51,782 nt of DNA. It comes from a virus. Lineage: Duplodnaviria > Caudoviricetes. Both the position numbers and the translations under genes were made by a program. Of this stretch, positions 9,774 through 19,115 are shown in pieces. Positions within the stretch are counted from its first letter, which is position 1, and each line of letters opens with the position of its first letter. The notes under the pieces are model-generated. The model made no database searches and was not told where the DNA came from. It saw nothing but the letters and a program-made list of their open reading frames with translations. The stretch covers positions 1 through 51,782 of IMG/VR virus record IMGVR_UViG_3300020472_000039; one strand, given 5' to 3'.

Positions 9774-12700
9774 ATGTCAGATACAATTACAGATAAATTA
9801 GCTAAAAGTTTAGCAGATAATGTTTTTGATACTAACCAACAAACTAATGTTGGAAATAGAATACCAAGTATAGATGTATTAAGACAAATGGCATCTACTC
9901 CTTTAGAACCTCAAAATACTATAGAAAAAAGTATGCATCAAGGTTTAGGAAGGTCTATGATGAGAAATACTGGAGACTTTTTAAGAGAAGGTGCTGAAGC
10001 ATTTATAGACACAGCATTATTTAGTGCTCCTAGTGCATTTACAGATTGGGACCCATCAGAAGGCGCAGATACTAGTGCTGGAAAATGGGGTGCTGGTATT
10101 GGTGGTACTGCTGGATTTATTAATCCATGGAAAGCGACAGCAAAAGGACTTGGTTGGGCTACAAGAAAAGGTGCTTCTGCTTTTGGAAAAACTACAACAG
10201 ACGACTTAGTTAAACAATTAGACAAAGTTGTTAAGACATCAACTGCAACAGATAAGCTTGGCAAAACAGTAAAAACAAGCGATGATGGAGTTGAAGCTCT
10301 TAGATGGATGGCTGGAGCTAAAGAAAGCGACAATATTATTTCTACATTCGGCAAGATGGTATCTCACCAATTTAAAGAAAAAATTAAACATTGGAGTCAT
10401 TTAGGCGTAAAACAAAAAGACGATTTTACAAAAATGATTAATGAGGGCTTTGGCGATAGTATTAAAAGAATGGCAAACGCTCAAGGAATGGAAGTTTCAG
10501 AAGAAGCTGTAGAACAAATTAGTCGTAGAATGATGAAAGCTTGGGATAAAGCTGGACAAAATCCTATTGATAACATACAATCTTTAATTGCGGGAGCATT
10601 TCCAACAAGTAAATTAGCTAGTTTTTATGGGCATTTATTTGAAGAAGCTGTAACATTCGCAACAGTAGATAGTATTATGCATGGACTGCAAGTTGCTGGT
10701 GGAAAACAAGACGCAGATTTTGGAGCAGTTGCTAAACACGGATTTATGTTAGGACATGCATTGGGTGTTGTAAGATTTGTTCCAAATATGGGTACTGGAG
10801 AAGCTGGTGTAAGAGGAGGATTTGGTGGTTTATTTAACAGAGATGGTAGAGCAAATTGGGTTCGTTTACTTGCTAATAGTAGAAATTATGCTAGAAAGTT
10901 AGACCCTTCAAAAGAAAGCCATAGAGGTTCTATAGGTATTTTATATAAAACATTTGATGATTTAGGTCGTATACCAAAAGAAGGTGGAGAACATGGTGCT
11001 GCTTCAATTTGGAGACAAGTCAAAACACATATGAATGAATGGTATGCTAAATCAGGAAATAAACAATATGACCCAGGAGCATATACTTATGACCATTTAG
11101 CACATTTAATGAAAACAGGTAGCCCAGAACAGGCTAAAAATATAGCACAAGCTATGCAATTTGTTTTAGGACAAGTAAGCAGTCAAGCAAGAAAAAAATG
11201 GAAACCACAATTCTTAAAAGAATGGGCTAAAGATTTTGCTACTGCTACTCCTCGTATGGGGCTTGGTGGTTTAGTTATGGGGAATGAAGTTATATTTGAT
11301 GAAAATGTTCCATTAGAAGATAAAATTATGACAGTAGGTATTGGTGCATTTTTAATGAGAAGTGGTAAAGAATTACAATATAGAGGAGCAGATGGTAGTC
11401 ATAAAGTAATAGGGAGTTTAAGAGATTTTCCTAGAAAACTTAGAGATTTAAAAGAAACTGCTGATGTAGTAGGGCATAAATTTATGAAAGGGTATCATGA
11501 TGCAAGTGGCGAGGTAGTATATGATATAGACCCACAATGGCGAAAATACATGGAAATGGCTGACAAGACTGTAGAAAAATTTAATGAATTTGAAAATACA
11601 GGGTTTTCTAATGTTGACGAAGCAACTAAGATTGTAAATTTATTAAACACTAGTGCAAAATCAGGAAGAGATAATTCAATTAATAAAGAATTAGAATCAA
11701 ACAGTTCTAGAATTAAAGCGTTAGATAGTCGTTTAGTAGAAATGGAAAAAGAACTTCCAAAAATTACTGTTGGAGATAAAGATTACAATGGTAAAAATCA
11801 AGGAGAGGTAAGACCTGAAGATTTAGCAAAACTATCTGAATCAAAAGAAGCTAAAGAGCGACAAGAACTTTTAGAACAAAATGAAATATTAAAAAGTGAA
11901 AAAGAAACTACTATAGATTTAGGTGATTATAAAATATTTGTTACTAATGATAGTCGTATAAGAAAAGGTGCTAATCAAGGAGCAAAATATCAAAAAAATG
12001 TAGATAAGGTTGTAGAAACTATTTACAATCTTATTAAAGAAAGATTTAGCAAAGCAGATGTAATTGGAAAAGGAAAAAGATTAAAAGAAATTGATGAAAT
12101 GACTACAAAAGAATATGAAATGCTAGAACAAGCATTGAAAGATAATAAGTTAGAAACTACTCGTGATGTACAAGAAATTTTTAGAAAAGCTAATAGAGAT
12201 AATATACAAAATACTTCACGTGATAGAGTTAAAACAGCATTAGATATAATAGATTCTCTTAGAGATGGAAACGGAGATAAGCTTTTTGATGTAGAAGTAA
12301 AACAATTAGACAACGGAAAAAACCAATATACTTTTAGAACAATAAATTATGGAGCGCTTGGTAGAAAATTAACCGATAAAACTAAAGAAGCTCTTGATGA
12401 ATATAATTCATTGCTTCAGATAATAAAAGGTGAAGGTGAGCATATAATTTTAGATGGTAATAAAAGAATAGATTTAGATTCTAAGCATGAAAATGCTAAT
12501 TGGGAAGCAGTTGAAATTGTTATGGAAAATTCTTTACTTGCAATGCAAAAAAATTATGGAATTGATGGTCTACCTAAAACATTAACATATCAAGACGGGT
12601 GGTTGAGAGCGGCTATTGAATCTACAATTATAGATACTCAAATTCATCATAGTGTAAAAACTTTTAGTCGTCATTGGGAAGAGGGCACACAACTTGGGCA

Positions 12701-15700
12701 ATTATTAAAAACAATTTTTAAAGGTTCTATGGGAGGAAGAGGTTCTGATAAAGCAATTGCTGAAATATTTGGTATAGATATGACTATTGCTGATATAAAA
12801 GCAGCTTGGAGTAAAGGTAAAAAATTTAAAATTCAAGGAGGTTCAAAAGAAGATAGAGCGATGCTTAAAGATTTGATAGAAATTATGAATCATATGCCAG
12901 GAGCTGAAACTACTTCGCCAGCACCTACTCCAATAGATGCAAAAATTATTTCTTCAATAACTAAAGCTGATTTAATAAAATTAAAAAACCTTTTAAATGA
13001 AGAAGGTATTCATATACTAAATACTGATACTAGATTTACTACTACAGACTATGCAAGAGAAATTGCTAGACAATTGGTAGGAGATAAATTATTCTTAGGA
13101 ACAACAAGAGATGGGAATAAATTAACTGATAATCATAGAAAAATTATTGAAGTTATGATGCATAAAGGGTTAGTAAATTCAAATTTAACTTTAACTCCTA
13201 TAGGTAGATTATTAAATAATGTATTTGGAAAAGCTTATGATGAAGCGGCAAAATTAGAAAAGTTAAGTGACCCCGCTGAAGCTAAAATAATAATTGACCA
13301 AATGGTTAAAGATAAAAAGATTAGCGTAGAAGAAGCTAATTCTATGTATAAAACATTTGAAGAAATGAATGCGATGAGTGTTCAAGCAGGTTTTTTTGCT
13401 CCTATAACATTTGGAGAAATGTCTAAAACTTATAAAGAATTAGTAGAACCTTTAATTGTTGATAATAAAGGAAACGGTGTTTTAACATTATCAACTATAC
13501 AAACTGCTAGTATGGGTAGAGGTGAAATGAGATTACTTCTTGATTCTCTAATGATGATGAAAGATTCTACATTCCAATCAGATACGCATACTTTTGTGAA
13601 AGCATTGCAAGAATCTATTTTAAATCAAAGCGGAAAACCAACTAATGTAAAAAATAAACTTTTAAATTATATGTTTGCAAAAGGTAAAGTAGACCCTGCT
13701 AGAGCATATTTATTAGCTAGAGAATATAAGATATGGGATAGCAAAAATGAAAAAATTGATTTAGATAAATTAAAAGATAGTGAATTGCAAGAAACTTTTA
13801 AAAGGTTGCAAAGTGAAATAGAATCAAATTATAGCAATAGTTATATTGATAATATTAATCAAAGAGTTAAAGAATTAGAATACCAAGCTAAAGATAGAAG
13901 TAATAATGATAGTAAAACTATACAATTTAATAGTTGGATGGAAAAATGGAGTCTTAAAGATACACCATTTGAAAAATCTATGATTACAATAACAGAAAGT
14001 AAGACAACTTCTGAAAGATTATTTACTACGTTGGAATCAGAATATCTTGCTAAAAATAAAACAAGAGCTGATTTTATGAAAGATTTAGAATCAGCATTAG
14101 TAAAAGCTAATCCAGGTATTAATGTAAATGAAGTTAATGCTCACATAACAAAATGGTTAATAGATAGACAAAATACTGTTATGATTCCTGTGATTAAGAT
14201 TAATCAATTTTCCCCTACTATGTCTACATTTAAAGAAACTAAAATAAGAAAATCTTTAATGTTAGAAGAATTGTTAGGAGTTATAAGTCCTGATACAAAA
14301 ATAGCTATGTTCCCTACAGATGGTCATTTATTTATGAAGGGAGAACGTGGAAGATATGGAGATTTAACAGATACTGGAAATCTAGCAACATTACAAGGTT
14401 TAATATATACCGCATCTGGTCAAGGGAATCTTTGGGGAGCAAATAATGCAAGTCCTAATGCTTCTAGTAAATTAAATGCTTTATCTTTTATAAACAGTGA
14501 TATGGTTGTATATAGATATGGTAATTCTCGACATGTATTTGGTTTAGATGCTCGTCAAAGTAATTTAGATTATATGGCTGGTTTATGGGTTCGTGATTTA
14601 GCTAGAAGAACAAAGTTAGATAAAAATGATGCTGAGTATTTATCTGAAGCAAATTTTGATTCTAAAATGAAAAATGACGGTAGGCTATATGGAGAAATAA
14701 GAATACTACGTAAAAACCCTAAAACAGGTATTCAACAAGAAATTGCTGTTAATGCAAAAGATATAAAAAATACTGACCAAATTATATTATCTCCACAAAA
14801 TGCTAGTAAAACATGGAATGCTAACAATTTAGAACAAAGAGTGAAAAATATTTTAGATGATATGATTTTTGGTAAATTGCTTCCTGATGTTTATTGGAGT
14901 CAAAAACTATGGAAAGCCGAAGGTGCAGCATTTCTTGCTATGATGAAACGTACTCCATTAACTCACAATATATCTGCAAATAGATTTAGTTCTGAAGTAA
15001 TTAGAGAAATAGCTGCTGGTTGGACAAAAAGCACTACTAATTTCAGACTACCTGGAGATAAAGGAAGAGATAGAAGAACAGAAGTTAGGAATTTTATTGA
15101 TTCATGGGGAGCAGGTAAACAAAAATTTGTAGTTATTAGAGATGAAGTTGATAGTGGTTTTGGTTGGAATGAAAAAGGAGTATCTGAATCATATAGTGTT
15201 AATAAAAAATTAATAGACCAAAAAACAAGAAAAATAGAAGATTTAAAAAAAGGTAGAGATGAAGTTAATAAACTTGTTAATATTAGCAAAGAAGAGAAAG
15301 CTACGAAATTAGAAGACTATAACCAAATTATTAAACAATTAGAAAATGAAATTAATACTTTACGTAATAACAAAGATGCAAGTAGTGAAAATGGTATATT
15401 TATTATAAGAGACGATGGAGCATTTCAAGCTATGTCAATTTTAGGCGGTGAATATAATTCTATAGAAGTTGGTGGTATTAAACCAACTATACATGGAATA
15501 GATAGTAAAGGAAATTCTTTTGTAATTAAAACTTCATTTCAAAAGAAACTAGAATATGAACAATTTTTTAAAGACAATCCAGATGTTATGGGTATTACTT
15601 TTGCATCAAGTGTAAAAAAAGTTGGTGCTGATTATACAGATTCATTTAAAGGAAGAATGTTAACAGGCGAAGAATTTAATGGAGGAAAAATAGGAACTAT

Positions 15701-18700
15701 TACTGATAGCAATAAGAAAATTACATTAAGACCTGAACATGTATCTCTTACCGCAATTAAAGGGCGTAAAGATAAAGCTACTATAACTATTGGTAATTCT
15801 AACCATATTGTGGACCGTACAGCTAAAATTGATTTTTGGGACCAATATTATGCTCCTTCAATAAAAGCACTTCAAAAAAATCTTGGAGATAGAAATGATA
15901 TTGGTCGTAGTAATGAAAGAATTGCTGATGCAAGGAGAATATTAGGTTCACAATTTGAAGAAAAAAGCTCATCATTTGATATGTCTGAAGGACAATTATC
16001 TGTTATAGACCAATGGTTGAAAGTAGGTGGAGACCCTAGTATGTTTGAAAGACAATATAACGATGCTATAAAGTCTTATTATTTAGACCCTATTTTATCT
16101 CCAAAGGTAAATGGAGGTCAATCAGTTTTATCTTCTGATACTAAAGGAGAGCTTATTAATACAGTTATATTAGATGGTAAAATATGGGATACTGGTGAAG
16201 TTTTTCTTAGTCGTCAAGAAGCTAAAAAAGAAGCAAAGATAGATAGAATTACTATTGCAGAAAGAAATTCAGCTGGATATGATAGACACTATTCTATAAA
16301 TCAAAATAAAAAATTAAAAAATGCTTTTATAGATGCAATGGAAGCTAAAGGAAAAAGAGAAGCAAAATACACATTACAAGATTTTGTAGATTTTGTTAAA
16401 GTTTATTCTGAACAAGCAGGGAAAAAACATAAGTATCAAGTATTAACTGCTGTAGAACGTGTACCTCATGTAAAAGAAAGTAGTGTTATGCTTGTAGGGA
16501 TTAAAGATTTTAGAAATGCATCAGAAGGAAATATTGTAATATTAAATAACGCTGATGTAAAAAGAGCGGCTGAAGGAGATTATGATATTGATATAGCTAA
16601 TATTTTTTGGGAATCTCCATCTAGTGTAGTTAAAGAATATGCTAGAGGTAGAGGAGGTATTCAAGATTCAAGAACTTTTGAAATGGATTCAGAAAGTAGC
16701 TCCGCATCTGGTTTACGTTTTGATAACGCTAAAGATATTAACGAATATAACTCTCGTCTTCATGATGCTGATATGGTTAAAGGAGCAGCAATGAATGTTT
16801 CTAGAATATTGCAATGGTTACAATCTTTAACAACTACTCACAATTATGTAGCTGCAAAAGAAGGTTATTTAGATGCTAAAACAGGAGAACTTAGTCATTA
16901 TACGGATGGAACTTATAAACCTAATTTTGTTATAAAGGCTGGAGAGCAAACTTATCTTGTATTAAAAGAAGGTAAAGAATTAAAAGATGTTCAACAATTA
17001 ATTGCAGATTACATACAATCTTCTTTAGATGCTGTTGGTGGATATAATATGAACAAGGTTACTATAGATAATATGTGGAGAGATTTGTTATATAGACCTG
17101 AAACTTCTATTTTCAATGTTATGAATGTAAATCAGGTTGCTATTAAAAATAGTGGAACAACAAAACCGATATTAGAAAAAACTACTACCACAGATTTATC
17201 TCTTGAAGGAAATAAACAAGTTAGAAAAATACTTGATGGTATAATTGACCCTTATAAAGATATGCTTAAACTTTCTAATAAAATTTATCAAGATGGTAAA
17301 GGTGAAAGTGTAAGTTGGAGTGCATTAATTACAGGTATTCAAAATTCAAATAAAAATTTTAGATATTTAGGTTCTAAAAAATGGTATAAAGATAATTATC
17401 TTAAATATGAAAAGGGTAGAGATAGCATAATAAATTTTCACGATTTAGGTAAAAATGCGGCGTTAGATAAAGCTGCTTCAAATAATGCTAATTTACCAAT
17501 GTACGATAGAGTGTTAGCAAATGTAATGCATCTTCATAATGTTACTATGAATCCAAACAAAAGTATTACTCTTTCTGAGCCATTTAGAGATTCATTTGAA
17601 TTATTAATGACAACAGAAACTGCGAAAGATGCGTATGATGCAGTTAAAAAAGAATTAACTGATTCTTATCAATTGACAGATTTTATTAATCAAGCGCAAA
17701 AAGAATTAAATGAATTACATGAATATAAAGAAAAATTCAGAGATTATAAAACTAGAGATAGAATATTAAAATACAGCATTAAACCATTAGAAAAAAGATT
17801 AAATTATTTAAAAGACCAAATTTCTATAGAGTTTAAAGATTATGGAAAAATTAGAGCTACAAGCAATGTAGAAGCAAAAACAGATTTAAGGAAAGAAACA
17901 AAAAAAAGAGATGGCAAAAAATATGAACAAAATAAAAAAATTGTAGATAATATTATTGAAAGATATGCCCAAAATCTTCGTGCTGAAAAATTGCAAAAAT
18001 TAAAAGAACAAGGAGACCCTAGATTGCTTACTAAAGATGAAATGAAAGCAGTTAATAAAAAAGCTATAGAGATGTTTCTTGAAAAAGGTTTTTATATTGA
18101 ACCAACAGTTACTAATGAAATGATTAAATATATTGCTATTAATGATGTATTTGGTAGACTTAATGTTATGAATCATAATGAATTAAAATTATCTCAAGGT
18201 AGATTTACTGACATTAATAAAGAAATATCTCAGGTAATAAAAGAATTTGGAGAAAGTGTACACGATTTAATGGATGTTCATAAAGAAGTATTGAATTGGG
18301 ACCATTTATATGAAAACACGTTTCAAAAATTAGATAAAATTGCAAGAGACCATGAAAGATTGTTTGAAAGTGAAGATATGGCATATCAATGGATATTAGC
18401 AAAAGTAGCTGCTCCAGGATATGAACCAAACACATTTGTACAATATGGTGGTGCATTTTTTCAAGCTCCTAAAATGAAAGGAGTAGATAAATATATTAAT
18501 TTAGGATTTAGATGGTATATGAGACAATATTCTGAAAAAGGAGGTTTTTCTGGGTTTAATCAAGTAAAAATGTCAAATTTATTTAGACCAATAGCACAAC
18601 AATACAATCAAGCTTGGTGGAAAATGAATGGTATGAATACTGGAGTAAGAGAAGAATTTAAAGATTCAATAAATCAAAATGATTCATATTATTTTCAACC

Positions 18701-19115
18701 ATTTGAATTTACAAAAGGAACTCAAAGACAAGAATTTTTAAATCATATATTCCCTAATGCTGAAAGTTTCTTAGGAGTAGATTATTCTAGAATTGATGCT
18801 TATCAACAAATGAATGATATGCTTGGTTCAGGGTTAATAAGAGATATAGTATTAAGCGAACAACATTTAGATGCTCCTTATATTATGAAAGCTGGAGCTG
18901 AAAGATATAAATATATTGATTCTATAAAAGATATGCACGAAGGAGAAGGAATGGGTGGAGGTGCAGCTATAACTAGAAGAGGGTTTAATGATGTATTTCA
19001 TGACCCTTATACTTTAGATAGTCGTAAACCAGTTCATGATAGAAGTTGGGAAAAGCATAAGAATGTAGTAGATTTGGTTGAATTTGAAGTTAAAAAATCT
19101 ATGGAGGATTGTTAA
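9774..19115 (+). CDS. giant virion-associated single-chain two-barrel (DPBB) RNA polymerase, crAss-like type
   Basis: ERVPH...GNIVILN...AAEGDYDID aligns with beta-prime NRAP...NADFDGD; upstream ENG, GGIKP, IKTS, SSVKK fit the beta-side barrel; located in the cargo operon. Confidence 0.8.
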   Translation: MSDTITDKLAKSLADNVFDTNQQTNVGNRIPSIDVLRQMASTPLEPQNTIEKSMHQGLGRSMMRNTGDFLREGAEAFIDTALFSAPSAFTDWDPSEGADTSAGKWGAGIGGTAGFINPWKATAKGLGWATRKGASAFGKTTTDDLVKQLDKVVKTSTATDKLGKTVKTSDDGVEALRWMAGAKESDNIISTFGKMVSHQFKEKIKHWSHLGVKQKDDFTKMINEGFGDSIKRMANAQGMEVSEEAVEQISRRMMKAWDKAGQNPIDNIQSLIAGAFPTSKLASFYGHLFEEAVTFATVDSIMHGLQVAGGKQDADFGAVAKHGFMLGHALGVVRFVPNMGTGEAGVRGGFGGLFNRDGRANWVRLLANSRNYARKLDPSKESHRGSIGILYKTFDDLGRIPKEGGEHGAASIWRQVKTHMNEWYAKSGNKQYDPGAYTYDHLAHLMKTGSPEQAKNIAQAMQFVLGQVSSQARKKWKPQFLKEWAKDFATATPRMGLGGLVMGNEVIFDENVPLEDKIMTVGIGAFLMRSGKELQYRGADGSHKVIGSLRDFPRKLRDLKETADVVGHKFMKGYHDASGEVVYDIDPQWRKYMEMADKTVEKFNEFENTGFSNVDEATKIVNLLNTSAKSGRDNSINKELESNSSRIKALDSRLVEMEKELPKITVGDKDYNGKNQGEVRPEDLAKLSESKEAKERQELLEQNEILKSEKETTIDLGDYKIFVTNDSRIRKGANQGAKYQKNVDKVVETIYNLIKERFSKADVIGKGKRLKEIDEMTTKEYEMLEQALKDNKLETTRDVQEIFRKANRDNIQNTSRDRVKTALDIIDSLRDGNGDKLFDVEVKQLDNGKNQYTFRTINYGALGRKLTDKTKEALDEYNSLLQIIKGEGEHIILDGNKRIDLDSKHENANWEAVEIVMENSLLAMQKNYGIDGLPKTLTYQDGWLRAAIESTIIDTQIHHSVKTFSRHWEEGTQLGQLLKTIFKGSMGGRGSDKAIAEIFGIDMTIADIKAAWSKGKKFKIQGGSKEDRAMLKDLIEIMNHMPGAETTSPAPTPIDAKIISSITKADLIKLKNLLNEEGIHILNTDTRFTTTDYAREIARQLVGDKLFLGTTRDGNKLTDNHRKIIEVMMHKGLVNSNLTLTPIGRLLNNVFGKAYDEAAKLEKLSDPAEAKIIIDQMVKDKKISVEEANSMYKTFEEMNAMSVQAGFFAPITFGEMSKTYKELVEPLIVDNKGNGVLTLSTIQTASMGRGEMRLLLDSLMMMKDSTFQSDTHTFVKALQESILNQSGKPTNVKNKLLNYMFAKGKVDPARAYLLAREYKIWDSKNEKIDLDKLKDSELQETFKRLQSEIESNYSNSYIDNINQRVKELEYQAKDRSNNDSKTIQFNSWMEKWSLKDTPFEKSMITITESKTTSERLFTTLESEYLAKNKTRADFMKDLESALVKANPGINVNEVNAHITKWLIDRQNTVMIPVIKINQFSPTMSTFKETKIRKSLMLEELLGVISPDTKIAMFPTDGHLFMKGERGRYGDLTDTGNLATLQGLIYTASGQGNLWGANNASPNASSKLNALSFINSDMVVYRYGNSRHVFGLDARQSNLDYMAGLWVRDLARRTKLDKNDAEYLSEANFDSKMKNDGRLYGEIRILRKNPKTGIQQEIAVNAKDIKNTDQIILSPQNASKTWNANNLEQRVKNILDDMIFGKLLPDVYWSQKLWKAEGAAFLAMMKRTPLTHNISANRFSSEVIREIAAGWTKSTTNFRLPGDKGRDRRTEVRNFIDSWGAGKQKFVVIRDEVDSGFGWNEKGVSESYSVNKKLIDQKTRKIEDLKKGRDEVNKLVNISKEEKATKLEDYNQIIKQLENEINTLRNNKDASSENGIFIIRDDGAFQAMSILGGEYNSIEVGGIKPTIHGIDSKGNSFVIKTSFQKKLEYEQFFKDNPDVMGITFASSVKKVGADYTDSFKGRMLTGEEFNGGKIGTITDSNKKITLRPEHVSLTAIKGRKDKATITIGNSNHIVDRTAKIDFWDQYYAPSIKALQKNLGDRNDIGRSNERIADARRILGSQFEEKSSSFDMSEGQLSVIDQWLKVGGDPSMFERQYNDAIKSYYLDPILSPKVNGGQSVLSSDTKGELINTVILDGKIWDTGEVFLSRQEAKKEAKIDRITIAERNSAGYDRHYSINQNKKLKNAFIDAMEAKGKREAKYTLQDFVDFVKVYSEQAGKKHKYQVLTAVERVPHVKESSVMLVGIKDFRNASEGNIVILNNADVKRAAEGDYDIDIANIFWESPSSVVKEYARGRGGIQDSRTFEMDSESSSASGLRFDNAKDINEYNSRLHDADMVKGAAMNVSRILQWLQSLTTTHNYVAAKEGYLDAKTGELSHYTDGTYKPNFVIKAGEQTYLVLKEGKELKDVQQLIADYIQSSLDAVGGYNMNKVTIDNMWRDLLYRPETSIFNVMNVNQVAIKNSGTTKPILEKTTTTDLSLEGNKQVRKILDGIIDPYKDMLKLSNKIYQDGKGESVSWSALITGIQNSNKNFRYLGSKKWYKDNYLKYEKGRDSIINFHDLGKNAALDKAASNNANLPMYDRVLANVMHLHNVTMNPNKSITLSEPFRDSFELLMTTETAKDAYDAVKKELTDSYQLTDFINQAQKELNELHEYKEKFRDYKTRDRILKYSIKPLEKRLNYLKDQISIEFKDYGKIRATSNVEAKTDLRKETKKRDGKKYEQNKKIVDNIIERYAQNLRAEKLQKLKEQGDPRLLTKDEMKAVNKKAIEMFLEKGFYIEPTVTNEMIKYIAINDVFGRLNVMNHNELKLSQGRFTDINKEISQVIKEFGESVHDLMDVHKEVLNWDHLYENTFQKLDKIARDHERLFESEDMAYQWILAKVAAPGYEPNTFVQYGGAFFQAPKMKGVDKYINLGFRWYMRQYSEKGGFSGFNQVKMSNLFRPIAQQYNQAWWKMNGMNTGVREEFKDSINQNDSYYFQPFEFTKGTQRQEFLNHIFPNAESFLGVDYSRIDAYQQMNDMLGSGLIRDIVLSEQHLDAPYIMKAGAERYKYIDSIKDMHEGEGMGGGAAITRRGFNDVFHDPYTLDSRKPVHDRSWEKHKNVVDLVEFEVKKSMEDC

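Noticed and set aside
451-18456. Antisense and alternate-frame ORFs in the track (451..726, 868..1110, 4384..4689, 9938..10354, 12023..12313, 14963..15289 and others)
   Set aside because: Shadows of long genes with good RBS; Ser/Leu/Ile/Phe-rich composition typical of reverse frames
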